The notes under the pieces were generated by a model that ran no database searches, was not told the origin of the DNA, and was given only the letters and a program-made list of their open reading frames with translations. Below are positions 1 to 8,543 of a stretch of DNA of 64,000 nt, in pieces. Every line of letters begins with the position of its first letter. The first letter of the stretch is position 1. The DNA comes from Candidatus Latescibacterota bacterium. GTDB taxonomy: Bacteria; Latescibacterota; UBA2968; GCA-2709665. The stretch is taken from NCBI GenBank assembly GCA_965203805.1, contig OZ241917.1, positions 2,240,001 through 2,304,000 of the forward strand, given 5' to 3'. A program made the translations under genes and the position numbers.

Positions 1-996
1 ATGACCGTAGCCTCTGTCGGCGTGGGAGCGGTTGCCGTATCTCCAGGGCAGATTCTGGCCATGTTCGGCGAACGGATCGGTGTGTGGCTGCCCTGGACGT
101 TCCAGCCTCAACAGGAGGCGGTGGTAACGGCAATACGTCTCCCGCGCGTGCTGCTGAACGTGCTGGTCGGCGCCGGACTTTCGGTTGCCGGGGCGGCGAT
201 GCAGGGACTCTTCCGCAATCCCCTCGCGGATCCGGGGCTGGTGGGCGTGTCCAGCGGCGCTGCTCTGGCGGCCGTCTCCGTGATCGTGCTGGGAGCCACG
301 TTACTGGAGGGTCTCACTTCGGCGCTCGGGATGTTTACGCTTCCCCTCGCGGCATTCGTCGGCAGCGTTGTGACCACCGTGATCGTGTACAGGCTTTCCA
401 GCGCACAGGGACGTACCGTCGTGGCCACCATGCTGCTGGCCGGCATTGCCGTCAATGCGCTGACGGGTTCCGTAACCGGCCTGCTGACTTTCGCGGCGAC
501 GGACGAGCAGCTTCGAAATATCACCTTCTGGAGCCTGGGCAACATGGGTGCGGCCACCTGGACGTCCGTCGCCTCGGTGGCCCCTTTCATCCTGATAGCT
601 GTCAGCCTTCTTGTCCGGTACGCCAGGCCGTTGAACGCCTTCCTGCTGGGAGAGGCCGAAGCGGGACATCTCGGCGTGCCGGTTCAACGTATGAAACGCG
701 AGATTGTGACCCTGACCGCGCTGGCGGTGGGCGCGTCGGTTGCTGTTACCGGCATCATCGGGTTCGTGGGGCTGGTGGTGCCCCACCTGCTTCGCCTCAC
801 CGTGGGCCCGGACCACCGCTACCTGATGCCCGGCGCTGCGCTGCTCGGCGCCTCCCTCCTGATGGGGGCCGACCTTGCTGCCCGCACCGTCGTATTGCCG
901 GCCGAACTGCCTATCGGCATTGTGACAGCCATCGTCGGAGCGCCTTTTTTTCTCTATCTGCTGCTGCGAAGCAAGCAGACGATGAAACTGCTATGA
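1..996 (+). CDS. hmuU: Heme/iron-chelate ABC transporter permease (FecCD/BtuC family), probably 5'-truncated by the window edge
   Basis: Motifs IRLPRVLL, MQGLFRNPLADPGLVGVSSGA, LGEAEAGHLG, GIIGFVGLVVPH and ELPIGIVTAIVGAPFF; its stop overlaps the next ATG (ATGA). Confidence 0.9.
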   Translation: MTVASVGVGAVAVSPGQILAMFGERIGVWLPWTFQPQQEAVVTAIRLPRVLLNVLVGAGLSVAGAAMQGLFRNPLADPGLVGVSSGAALAAVSVIVLGATLLEGLTSALGMFTLPLAAFVGSVVTTVIVYRLSSAQGRTVVATMLLAGIAVNALTGSVTGLLTFAATDEQLRNITFWSLGNMGAATWTSVASVAPFILIAVSLLVRYARPLNAFLLGEAEAGHLGVPVQRMKREIVTLTALAVGASVAVTGIIGFVGLVVPHLLRLTVGPDHRYLMPGAALLGASLLMGADLAARTVVLPAELPIGIVTAIVGAPFFLYLLLRSKQTMKLL

Positions 997-1856
997 TCGA
1001 AGCGGAAGCGGTCTCAGTACATATCGGCCGAAAGGCCCTGCTGAATCGCGTCAACATCCAGGTCCGGCCGGGTGAAATCGTTGCCGTCGTGGGTCCCAAC
1101 GGATCGGGGAAGACCACGCTTTTCAGGGTGTTGTGCGGCGACCTCTCGCCGTCCACGGGCGCGGTGTGGCTCGAAGGCTGGTGCCTCGACGATTGGGCCT
1201 CGACGGAACAGGCTCGCAAACGCGGGGTGCTCCCGCAGTCCGCCACCCTGGATTTCCCTTTTACGGTACTCGAGGTCGCGGTTATGGGTCGGATGCCGCA
1301 CCTGGAGGGCTCGGAGGGATCCACAGACTACGCAATTGCGCGCGCCAGTCTGGGTCTGGCGGGGGTTGGCGATCTGGAAGACAGGATTTACCCGACGCTG
1401 TCGGGAGGCGAAAAGCAGCGCGTGCAGTTCGCGCGGGTTCTCACACAGATCGGCGAACAGCCGTCTGATGGCCGGCGATACCTTCTGCTCGATGAACCCA
1501 CATCCAATCTGGATCTCGCACACCAGCACCGGATCCTCTCCACGGCGCGCAACTTCGCCCTTGAGTCAACCGGCGTATTGGCCGTGCTTCACGATCTGAA
1601 TCTGGCCGCGCAATACGCGGACCGCGTCCTCGTATTGAAAGAAGGGGAAGAACTCACTTCCGGTGAGCCGTCGGAGGTTTTCACGGAGGGCGTCATCGAA
1701 CGGGCTTTCGACGTGCGTGTGCGGGTGATTCCCCATCCCACGATGGATTGCCCGCTCATTGTACCGCTGCCCGAGACTTCCGGGAAACCGGGACCGGCCC
1801 CCATTGCCGGCGGCCTGATGACAGGGATCGGGCCCGGAAGAGCGTACGGCCACTGA
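993..1856 (+). CDS. hmuV: Heme ABC transporter ATP-binding protein
   Basis: Start reassigned to the ATG at 993 (MIEAEAV). Walker A GPNGSGKT, signature LSGGEKQRVQFARVL, Walker B LLLDEPT, and LHDLNLAAQYADR as in HmuV. Confidence 0.92.
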   Translation: MIEAEAVSVHIGRKALLNRVNIQVRPGEIVAVVGPNGSGKTTLFRVLCGDLSPSTGAVWLEGWCLDDWASTEQARKRGVLPQSATLDFPFTVLEVAVMGRMPHLEGSEGSTDYAIARASLGLAGVGDLEDRIYPTLSGGEKQRVQFARVLTQIGEQPSDGRRYLLLDEPTSNLDLAHQHRILSTARNFALESTGVLAVLHDLNLAAQYADRVLVLKEGEELTSGEPSEVFTEGVIERAFDVRVRVIPHPTMDCPLIVPLPETSGKPGPAPIAGGLMTGIGPGRAYGH

Positions 1857-1908
1857 CGCGACCCGCCGAACACCGTTTCGAAAGTCCTGAGACGGATCCG
1901 GCGATAGG

Positions 1909-4335
1909 ATGGAAAAACCAATGTCAAGCGCGAATTCCACGGGTAATTGTCGTCAGTCCAGGCCATCGGCAGCGGTCGACGGACGGGGAGGGTATCTCGC
2001 GAACCACCTTTTCCTGAAGGGATTGAAGGGGTCCGGATGGTTCGTGTTCCTGATCTGCTTCTGTAATGTCGGCGTGGCGAACGACGCTTCGGGTCGTATC
2101 GAGGGCGTGGTGCAGACCGCGGGCGGGATGCCGCTGGCAGATGTCAACGTCTCCGTTTCAGATAAGCCATTGGGAGCGGTGAGTTCCGCCACAGGGCGCT
2201 TTTCTCTGACCGGCGTCTCCGGGGGTGAACATACGGTCGTCGCGAGTCTGGTTGGTTACAGGCGTACTCGTCTGCAGGTCAATGTTGCGGCGAACGCCGT
2301 CTCCAGGGTCCGCATTGTATTGACGCCGGAGACGACCGCGCTCCCCGCGATAGTCGTCACAGGTACCAGGTCGGCGCAGAGTATAGAAGACACGCCGATC
2401 CAGACGCAGGTCATCACCAAACATGAGATTAACGGCACCGGCGTGGTGGACCTGGGAAGTCTCCTGGCGGAACAGACCGGGATTGCCGTGATCTCGGACC
2501 ACGGCACCGGCGTTCAGATGCAGGGGTTCGATCCCGATTACACGCTCATTCTGGTCGACGGCGAACCCGTTATCGGGCGCACGGCGGGGACACTCGACCT
2601 GGACCGGTTCCTGGTGAGTAATCTCGAGCAAGTCGAGATTGTCAAGGGTTCCACGTCCTCGCTTTACGGCAGCGAGGCCCTGGCAGGCGTGATCAACCTG
2701 ATTACCCGCCTGCCGGAAAAACCGTTCTCCGCGTCCATTCGACCACGCTACGGCACCTTCGGCGCTCTGAATTTCACCGGCGAACTGGAGTCCCGACAAA
2801 AGGAATTCGGGATATCGCTATTCGTGGACCGAAGCCGCAGCAGCGGCTACGATCACACGCCGGAAACGGTGTCGCCGACCGCTCCCGAATACGTCGCCTA
2901 CACGGCGAGTCCCAAAGTGGTCTACGAACCGAGCGACCGGGTTACGCTTTCGCTGTCGGCACGGGTATTCCAGGAAAGCCAGCAAAGTCCCGAAGAGATC
3001 AGGTCGCCCGGCGGAAACGTGCTCATCGAGAGGGACGCACGACTGACAGACTGGAATATCAACCCTAGAATCACCTTTCGATGGACACCCGGTCTTCGGA
3101 TAAGCGGCAAGCTCTACACCGCCAATTACCATACCCGAAGCGAGCGGACGCGCGCCGATAGCGGCGAGCCGTACGACATGGCGGCTTTCGACCAGAACTA
3201 CCGCAAAGCCGAAGTGCAGGCCCATTCACTGGTCGGAAGAACCAGCATTGTGACGCTTGGCGCGGGGACGGTGTGGGAGTCAGTAGAGGCGGACCGCATT
3301 ACCGGGGGGCGCCAATCCTCGCGCAGCGCATTCGCTTTTCTCCAGGAAGAGTGGTTGCCCGCGACATGGCTCGACCTGGTCGTCAGCGCGCGCGTGGACG
3401 CGCACAGCGACTACGCGGCAAGGGTTAGCCCGAAAGCCGCGCTCCTTATCAAGTCCCTGCCGTGGCTGCATCTTCGAGGATCCGTAGGCAGCGGCTTCAA
3501 AGCGCCCACGTTTCAGCAGCTGTACCTGGATTTCACCAATCCTTCAGTCGGCTATTCCGTACTCGGCTCTACCTACGTCCGTGACGGGATGGCGCTGATG
3601 CAGGACGAAGGCCGGATTGCCGCCGTGCTTCAGGACACCGAAACGATGGAGCAGATTCGAGCCGAGAGCGCAGTTTCTTTCAACGCGGGCATTGAAGTCG
3701 CACCGGGAGGCCGTGCAACCGCGAAAATCAGCTTCTTCCACAACAACGTGCGGGACCTCATCGAGGCCTCGCCCATCGCCCGGAAGAAGAGCGGCCAGAG
3801 CGTGTTTACGTATTTTAATCTCAACCGTGTCTTCACCCGCGGTGTGGAAAGCGAAGTCAAACTGCGCATTTCCGAAAAGGCCGGGTTGTCGGCGGGTTAC
3901 CAGTACCTGCAGACGGCAGACAGGGACGTGCTGGACAGACTCAGTGACGGCCAGGTTGTGACGGTGGATCCGGAAACCAACAAACTTCGCCGTGTCGAAA
4001 CCCCGGAATACGGAGGACTCTTCAATCGCTCGACCCACACTGCCACGCTGCGCCTTTTCTATCGGAACGAGGTGACCGGCCTCGGCGGCAGCCTGCGCGG
4101 CGTATATCGGGGTCGATACGGCTACCAGGATCGCAACCTGACCAACATCCTCGACGCGCCCGAAGAGTACGCGCCGGGCTACGGTATCTGGCACATATCG
4201 CTTTCCCAGCAGATAAAGGACTTTGCCGCAACGATTCGACTGGGTGTCCGGAACGTGTTCGACGAAAAACGGTTGGACTATGTTCCCTCTCTGCCCGGCC
4301 GCATACTCTATGTGGATCTGACCAGAGACTTCTGA
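1909..4335 (+). CDS. TonB-dependent outer-membrane receptor with an N-terminal carboxypeptidase-regulatory-like domain (likely heme/iron)
   Basis: VVTGTRS TonB-box region, plug motifs LILVDGEP and EIVKGSTSSLYGSEALAGVINLIT, GFKAP, GVRNVFD and a C-terminal Phe. Exact start uncertain. Confidence 0.9.
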   Translation: MEKPMSSANSTGNCRQSRPSAAVDGRGGYLANHLFLKGLKGSGWFVFLICFCNVGVANDASGRIEGVVQTAGGMPLADVNVSVSDKPLGAVSSATGRFSLTGVSGGEHTVVASLVGYRRTRLQVNVAANAVSRVRIVLTPETTALPAIVVTGTRSAQSIEDTPIQTQVITKHEINGTGVVDLGSLLAEQTGIAVISDHGTGVQMQGFDPDYTLILVDGEPVIGRTAGTLDLDRFLVSNLEQVEIVKGSTSSLYGSEALAGVINLITRLPEKPFSASIRPRYGTFGALNFTGELESRQKEFGISLFVDRSRSSGYDHTPETVSPTAPEYVAYTASPKVVYEPSDRVTLSLSARVFQESQQSPEEIRSPGGNVLIERDARLTDWNINPRITFRWTPGLRISGKLYTANYHTRSERTRADSGEPYDMAAFDQNYRKAEVQAHSLVGRTSIVTLGAGTVWESVEADRITGGRQSSRSAFAFLQEEWLPATWLDLVVSARVDAHSDYAARVSPKAALLIKSLPWLHLRGSVGSGFKAPTFQQLYLDFTNPSVGYSVLGSTYVRDGMALMQDEGRIAAVLQDTETMEQIRAESAVSFNAGIEVAPGGRATAKISFFHNNVRDLIEASPIARKKSGQSVFTYFNLNRVFTRGVESEVKLRISEKAGLSAGYQYLQTADRDVLDRLSDGQVVTVDPETNKLRRVETPEYGGLFNRSTHTATLRLFYRNEVTGLGGSLRGVYRGRYGYQDRNLTNILDAPEEYAPGYGIWHISLSQQIKDFAATIRLGVRNVFDEKRLDYVPSLPGRILYVDLTRDF

Positions 4336-4491
4336 GCAAACCCGGGCTATTTCCGAGCGGACGCCAAGGCGACCTGACACGTGATGTGTCGCGGAGATTA
4401 AGCCTTACACGCTTTCAACCGGAAATAGAGCCGCATCAACGAGCTTCCCTGAAACGCCTGCAACGTCAACCCCTTTTACAGCGGGAGGTAT

Positions 4492-5733
4492 ATGAAAGGA
4501 TCTCTTGTATTCAGCGCATTTCTCCTGTTCGCGCTGCCGGCGAACGTAATGAGCGAGGACGACGGGTCGGAACCCGTAATGAGAATTACGGGATACGGCG
4601 AACTCATCTACTCGCACTTCGATTACGGCCCCGACCAGAAGAGCAGCCCGTCGGGTTCGCCGCCGGACAGCCGCGCGACCATCGACGTCGCACGTCTGGC
4701 CCTCGAGCTGGAAACCCGCCTGCTTCACGGCGTAGAGCTGGAAGTCGAACTGGAAATCGAACACGGCGGAACCGGGGGCGCACTCGAGATCGAATACGAG
4801 GAATTCGGCGAATACGAAACCGAAGTGGAAAAGGGCGGTGAAGTCATCCTCGAGGAACTCTTCATTGAACGCGAGTTCAGCGACGCCTTCAACATCCGTC
4901 TTGGCCACTTCTACGTTGCCGTGGGTCTTACCACGGAGCAATACCATCCCACGGACTTTTTCGGAACCCGCCGCCCGGAGTCGGAAACCTCAGTGATTCC
5001 CGCAATATGGCACGAAACCGGCATCGAGGTCAACGGCCGCACCGATCGTCTGAGCTACCGGATCCAACTCGTCAACGGACTCGACGCAACGGGTTTCAGT
5101 TCGCAGAACTGGATTGTGGGGGGCCACCAGACGCGCTTTGAGGAGGTCCGAGCATCGAATATGGCGCTTGCGGGCCGGTTGGACTACCGCATCGCGGATG
5201 GCCTCAGCTTTGGCGTATCGGGCTATCGCGGCGACAGCGCCGACAACCGTCCGAAACCCGACATGAAAGGTGTGGATGCCAATGTGTCCATCTTCGACGT
5301 CCACGCCGTGCTGCGGTATAATCGCTTTCGCGCGCAGGGGATGTATCTGTACGGAAGTCTGCAGAACGCGGATATCGTGAGCGAGCGCAACCGGTCGCTG
5401 TCCAATAATCTGGATGTGTTGCGCACGCCCGTGGGCAGCGGCGCCTTTGCGTCTTATGTCGAGGCCGGCTGTGACATTCTGCCCACGCTCACGTCGCGGC
5501 GGGAAGATCAGCTCTATGTGTTCCTGCGATTCGGCAGCTACGACACGATGGCGAGTGTGCCGGAGGGTTTCTTTGACAATCCACGGTTCGAACGTCGAGT
5601 ATATACGCTCGGCCTCAACTACATCCTGGACAACGCGGTGGTCCTCAAGGGCGACTATTCGATGCGTCGACTGGGCGCATCGCGATTCAACGGTGAAAAT
5701 ACCGCCAGTTTCGCAGTAGGCTTTCAGTTTTAA
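4492..5733 (+). CDS. Outer-membrane beta-barrel/porin-like protein of imelysin-associated iron-uptake loci
   Basis: Signal peptide, ITGYGE, very acidic ELEIEHGGTGGALEIEYEEFGEYE segment, IPAIWHETG and C-terminal GFQF; GGAGG RBS. Confidence 0.8.
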   Translation: MKGSLVFSAFLLFALPANVMSEDDGSEPVMRITGYGELIYSHFDYGPDQKSSPSGSPPDSRATIDVARLALELETRLLHGVELEVELEIEHGGTGGALEIEYEEFGEYETEVEKGGEVILEELFIEREFSDAFNIRLGHFYVAVGLTTEQYHPTDFFGTRRPESETSVIPAIWHETGIEVNGRTDRLSYRIQLVNGLDATGFSSQNWIVGGHQTRFEEVRASNMALAGRLDYRIADGLSFGVSGYRGDSADNRPKPDMKGVDANVSIFDVHAVLRYNRFRAQGMYLYGSLQNADIVSERNRSLSNNLDVLRTPVGSGAFASYVEAGCDILPTLTSRREDQLYVFLRFGSYDTMASVPEGFFDNPRFERRVYTLGLNYILDNAVVLKGDYSMRRLGASRFNGENTASFAVGFQF

Positions 5734-5753
5734 TTCACAAGGAGGAAACACCG

Positions 5754-6830
5754 ATGAAAGTCGTTAACGTATTTTTCGGTCTCTTGCTTGCCGTTTCACT
5801 CACCGGGTGCGGCGGCGACGACGAAAACCCCGTCGCACCCGAGCCGGAACCCGATCCGCGGTTTGATTTCTCACCTATTCTTACCGACTTCGCCGACAAA
5901 ACGGTTATCCCCATCTACAAGGACCTCTCCGACAAGGCATCGGAACTCCTCGTCGCCGTAACCAATCTCAAGACCAACCCATCGCCCGCCACGCTGTCCA
6001 CCGCCCGCGCGGCCTGGGTGGCCTCGCGCCAGCCATGGGAAAGAAGCGAGGCGTTCCTGTTCGGTCCGGTTGACTTCAAGGGTTATGATCCGGCGTTGGA
6101 TTCCTGGCCCGTAAACCGCGCGGACCTGGAAGCTGTTTTGTCGGGCAGCGATCCCTTGACCAAGACATCCGTCAATAACCTCGAGAACACGCTCAAGGGA
6201 TTTCATACCATTGAATTCCTGCTCTATGACGAGGGCGGCAGCAAGACCGTAGACGACTTTACTTCGCGACAATACGATTACCTCATCGCGGCGACGGAAT
6301 TGCTCGATGAAGCTGCCACAGCGATGCATACGGACTGGAGTGCATCCGGCGGAAACTTCCGCGATCAGGTCGTCAGTGCGGGCGCGGGCAGCAACACCTA
6401 CACCACGCGGAAAGCAGCAATTCAGGAGATGATCAACGGCATGGTCGGCATTGCCGACGAAGTTGGAAACGGCAAGATTGCCGACCCCTTCAATGAACAG
6501 GACACGCGCCTGGTCGAATCGCAGTTCAGCTTTAACTCTCTTCTCGACTTCCAGAACAACATCCGCGGGATCTGGCATGTATATACCGGCGGGTACAATG
6601 TTCAGGCAGTGGGCCTGGACTATTTCGTAAGGACGAAAAACTCCTCGCTCGACACGCGCGTGCAGGATGAAATCAAGACAGCGATTGAAGAAATCGGGAA
6701 AATTTCCTTCCCGTTCCGTGACGCTCTGGCGTCCGACGCAGCACAGATCACGGCGGCCCAGCAGGCCATTGCAAAGGTGCAGGCTACCCTCGAAGGCGAC
6801 GTGCTGCGCCTGGTCAACGCGGAACCATAG
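5754..6830 (+). CDS. Imelysin-family (peptidase M75/IrpA-like) iron-regulated lipoprotein
   Basis: Lipobox LTGC, WxxSEAFLFGP, LDSWP, GxHxxE motif GFHTIE, EVGNGKI and ESQFS; AAGGAGG RBS. Confidence 0.9.
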   Translation: MKVVNVFFGLLLAVSLTGCGGDDENPVAPEPEPDPRFDFSPILTDFADKTVIPIYKDLSDKASELLVAVTNLKTNPSPATLSTARAAWVASRQPWERSEAFLFGPVDFKGYDPALDSWPVNRADLEAVLSGSDPLTKTSVNNLENTLKGFHTIEFLLYDEGGSKTVDDFTSRQYDYLIAATELLDEAATAMHTDWSASGGNFRDQVVSAGAGSNTYTTRKAAIQEMINGMVGIADEVGNGKIADPFNEQDTRLVESQFSFNSLLDFQNNIRGIWHVYTGGYNVQAVGLDYFVRTKNSSLDTRVQDEIKTAIEEIGKISFPFRDALASDAAQITAAQQAIAKVQATLEGDVLRLVNAEP

Positions 6831-6854
6831 ACCGCCGCGTCCAAACTCCGGAAC

Positions 6855-6882
6855 GCCGATAGGGTACGTTTGCCCTATCGGC
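6855..6882 (+). other. Intercistronic stem-loop between the imelysin and DHOR genes
   Basis: GCCGATAGGGTA-CGTT-TGCCCTATCGGC forms a 12-bp stem with one G-U pair and has no U-tract. Confidence 0.55.
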
Positions 6883-6932
6883 TCCGCACTCGCGTCTTTC
6901 CAACCATTTGACCGAAGCCAGGACCGTCTCTC

Positions 6933-8318
6933 GTGAAACCTGCCGGCAAAATTCGGTGTGCCATCGGCGTTTCGCTGCTCGTTTCCGCATGCGGCAGTGA
7001 AGAGACGATTTCACCCGTGCCCGATGAAACCAGACCCCTGTCCGGCGGGCAGGCGACGGTTTTCGACGCCTCCAGTCAGGCATTCGAAATGCCCATCCCG
7101 ACGCTCTCAGCCAACGAACTGGACATGTTTCTTGCGGGCGATGCCACCTTCGAACAGGTCTTCGTCACACCTCCCGCCGAAGTGAACCCTGGCGCCGGTC
7201 CCGTGTTCAGCCACACCTCGTGCGTGGGTTGTCATCTGCGGGACGGGCGGGGGCGAGGCGCATTCGGCGCAGAGCCGCCCTTCGTCGGTTCCATGCTTAT
7301 GCGCGTCAGTCTTCCCGGTCTGTCCACGCACGGCGGCCCCGCGCCTGTTCCCGGCTTTGGCGTGCAGCTCGGAGACCGCGCAAACTATGGCGTTCAGCCT
7401 GAGGCGCGTGTTCAGGTCAGCTATTTCGAAACCGCGGAAAAACTGGCCGACGGCGAAGAGGTTTACCTGAAACACCCGGTCTATCATATCGTTGAACCCT
7501 ATCGGCCGTTGCCCGAAGGGGTGCTGCTGTCGGCGCGCATGGCGCCGCCCGTATTCGGACGCGGCCTGCTGGAAGCGATATCCGAATCTGACATCCTTGC
7601 GCTCTCGGATCCCTCGGATACCGACGGAGACGGAATATCCGGGAGGCCCAATTACGTCCACAATTTCCGAACCGGTCGGACGGAACTCGGGCGCTTCGGC
7701 CTTAAAGCCAACAATCCGGACATTCTGCAGCAGGTCGCAAGCGCGTACAACGAGGACATGGGCGTTACCAGCCCGTACTTTCCCAGAGAATCCGTATGGG
7801 GTCAGCCTCAGCACGACGGCCGCGACGACGATCCGGAAATAACGCAGAAGACGTTGGACATAACGACGTTTTATATCCAGACGCTTGCCGTACCCGCACG
7901 GCGCAACTGGGATGATCCTCAGGTCATTCGCGGAGAAATCCTCTTTGAATCGACGGGTTGCGCAGGCTGCCATACCACGACGTTCCGAACGGGCAGCCAT
8001 GAAATTCCGTCACTATCCGGCCAGGTCATCCATCCCTATACTGATTTGCTGCTGCACGACATGGGCGAAGCGCTTGAAGACAATCGCCCGGACTTCGAAG
8101 CCACGGGGCGCGAGTGGAAAACGCCAGCGCTCTGGGGCCTTGGGCTCACGGAAACCGTCAACGGTTCGCCACCGGGATTCCTGCACGACGGCCGGGCGGC
8201 AACCCTGCTCGAAGCCATTATGTTCCACGGTGGTGAAGCGGAGCGTTCGCGTGAAGCCGTACGCAGATTATCGACTGAAAACAGGGAGGCGTTGCTCTCC
8301 TTCTTACGATCGCTGTAG
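6933..8318 (+). CDS. Di-heme oxidoreductase (DHOR) family c-type cytochrome lipoprotein
   Basis: Lipobox VSAC, two CxxCH motifs (CVGCH, CAGCH), GRFGLKA, PYTDLLLHDMG, WKTPALWGLG and FLHDGRA. Confidence 0.9.
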   Translation: MKPAGKIRCAIGVSLLVSACGSEETISPVPDETRPLSGGQATVFDASSQAFEMPIPTLSANELDMFLAGDATFEQVFVTPPAEVNPGAGPVFSHTSCVGCHLRDGRGRGAFGAEPPFVGSMLMRVSLPGLSTHGGPAPVPGFGVQLGDRANYGVQPEARVQVSYFETAEKLADGEEVYLKHPVYHIVEPYRPLPEGVLLSARMAPPVFGRGLLEAISESDILALSDPSDTDGDGISGRPNYVHNFRTGRTELGRFGLKANNPDILQQVASAYNEDMGVTSPYFPRESVWGQPQHDGRDDDPEITQKTLDITTFYIQTLAVPARRNWDDPQVIRGEILFESTGCAGCHTTTFRTGSHEIPSLSGQVIHPYTDLLLHDMGEALEDNRPDFEATGREWKTPALWGLGLTETVNGSPPGFLHDGRAATLLEAIMFHGGEAERSREAVRRLSTENREALLSFLRSL

Positions 8319-8389
8319 AACGCCCGATTGGCGCGATTAAAATCGGATGGACGAATCATCCTCGGCACCCCGCCCGACGCAATGCGCCG

Positions 8390-8415
8390 AGTTGATCGGA
8401 AGATTCCGATCAACT
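8390..8415. promoter_or_regulatory. Perfect 12-bp inverted repeat upstream of the HmuY gene (operator or hairpin)
   Basis: AGTTGATCGGAA-GA-TTCCGATCAACT. Confidence 0.4.
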
Positions 8416-8543
8416 TCCACAGACCACAGTGTTCTGTCCCAGGAATACCTCACGATTCTTGTGCGGATTCATACTGCCTCAGCGGAAGAACTCTGGGAAC
8501 TCATCCCCGGGACTGAACACTCAGATGGGAGGATGTCATGTAT

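Noticed and set aside
84-992. N-terminal extension of the 590-aa ORF 84..1856
   Set aside because: It is an alternate-frame overlap of hmuU; the ATPase begins at ATG 993 with ATGA coupling.
6855-6882. DtxR/IdeR iron box
   Set aside because: The TAGGG...CCCTA similarity has the wrong spacing and extends as a GC stem with a G-U pair, which fits an RNA hairpin better.
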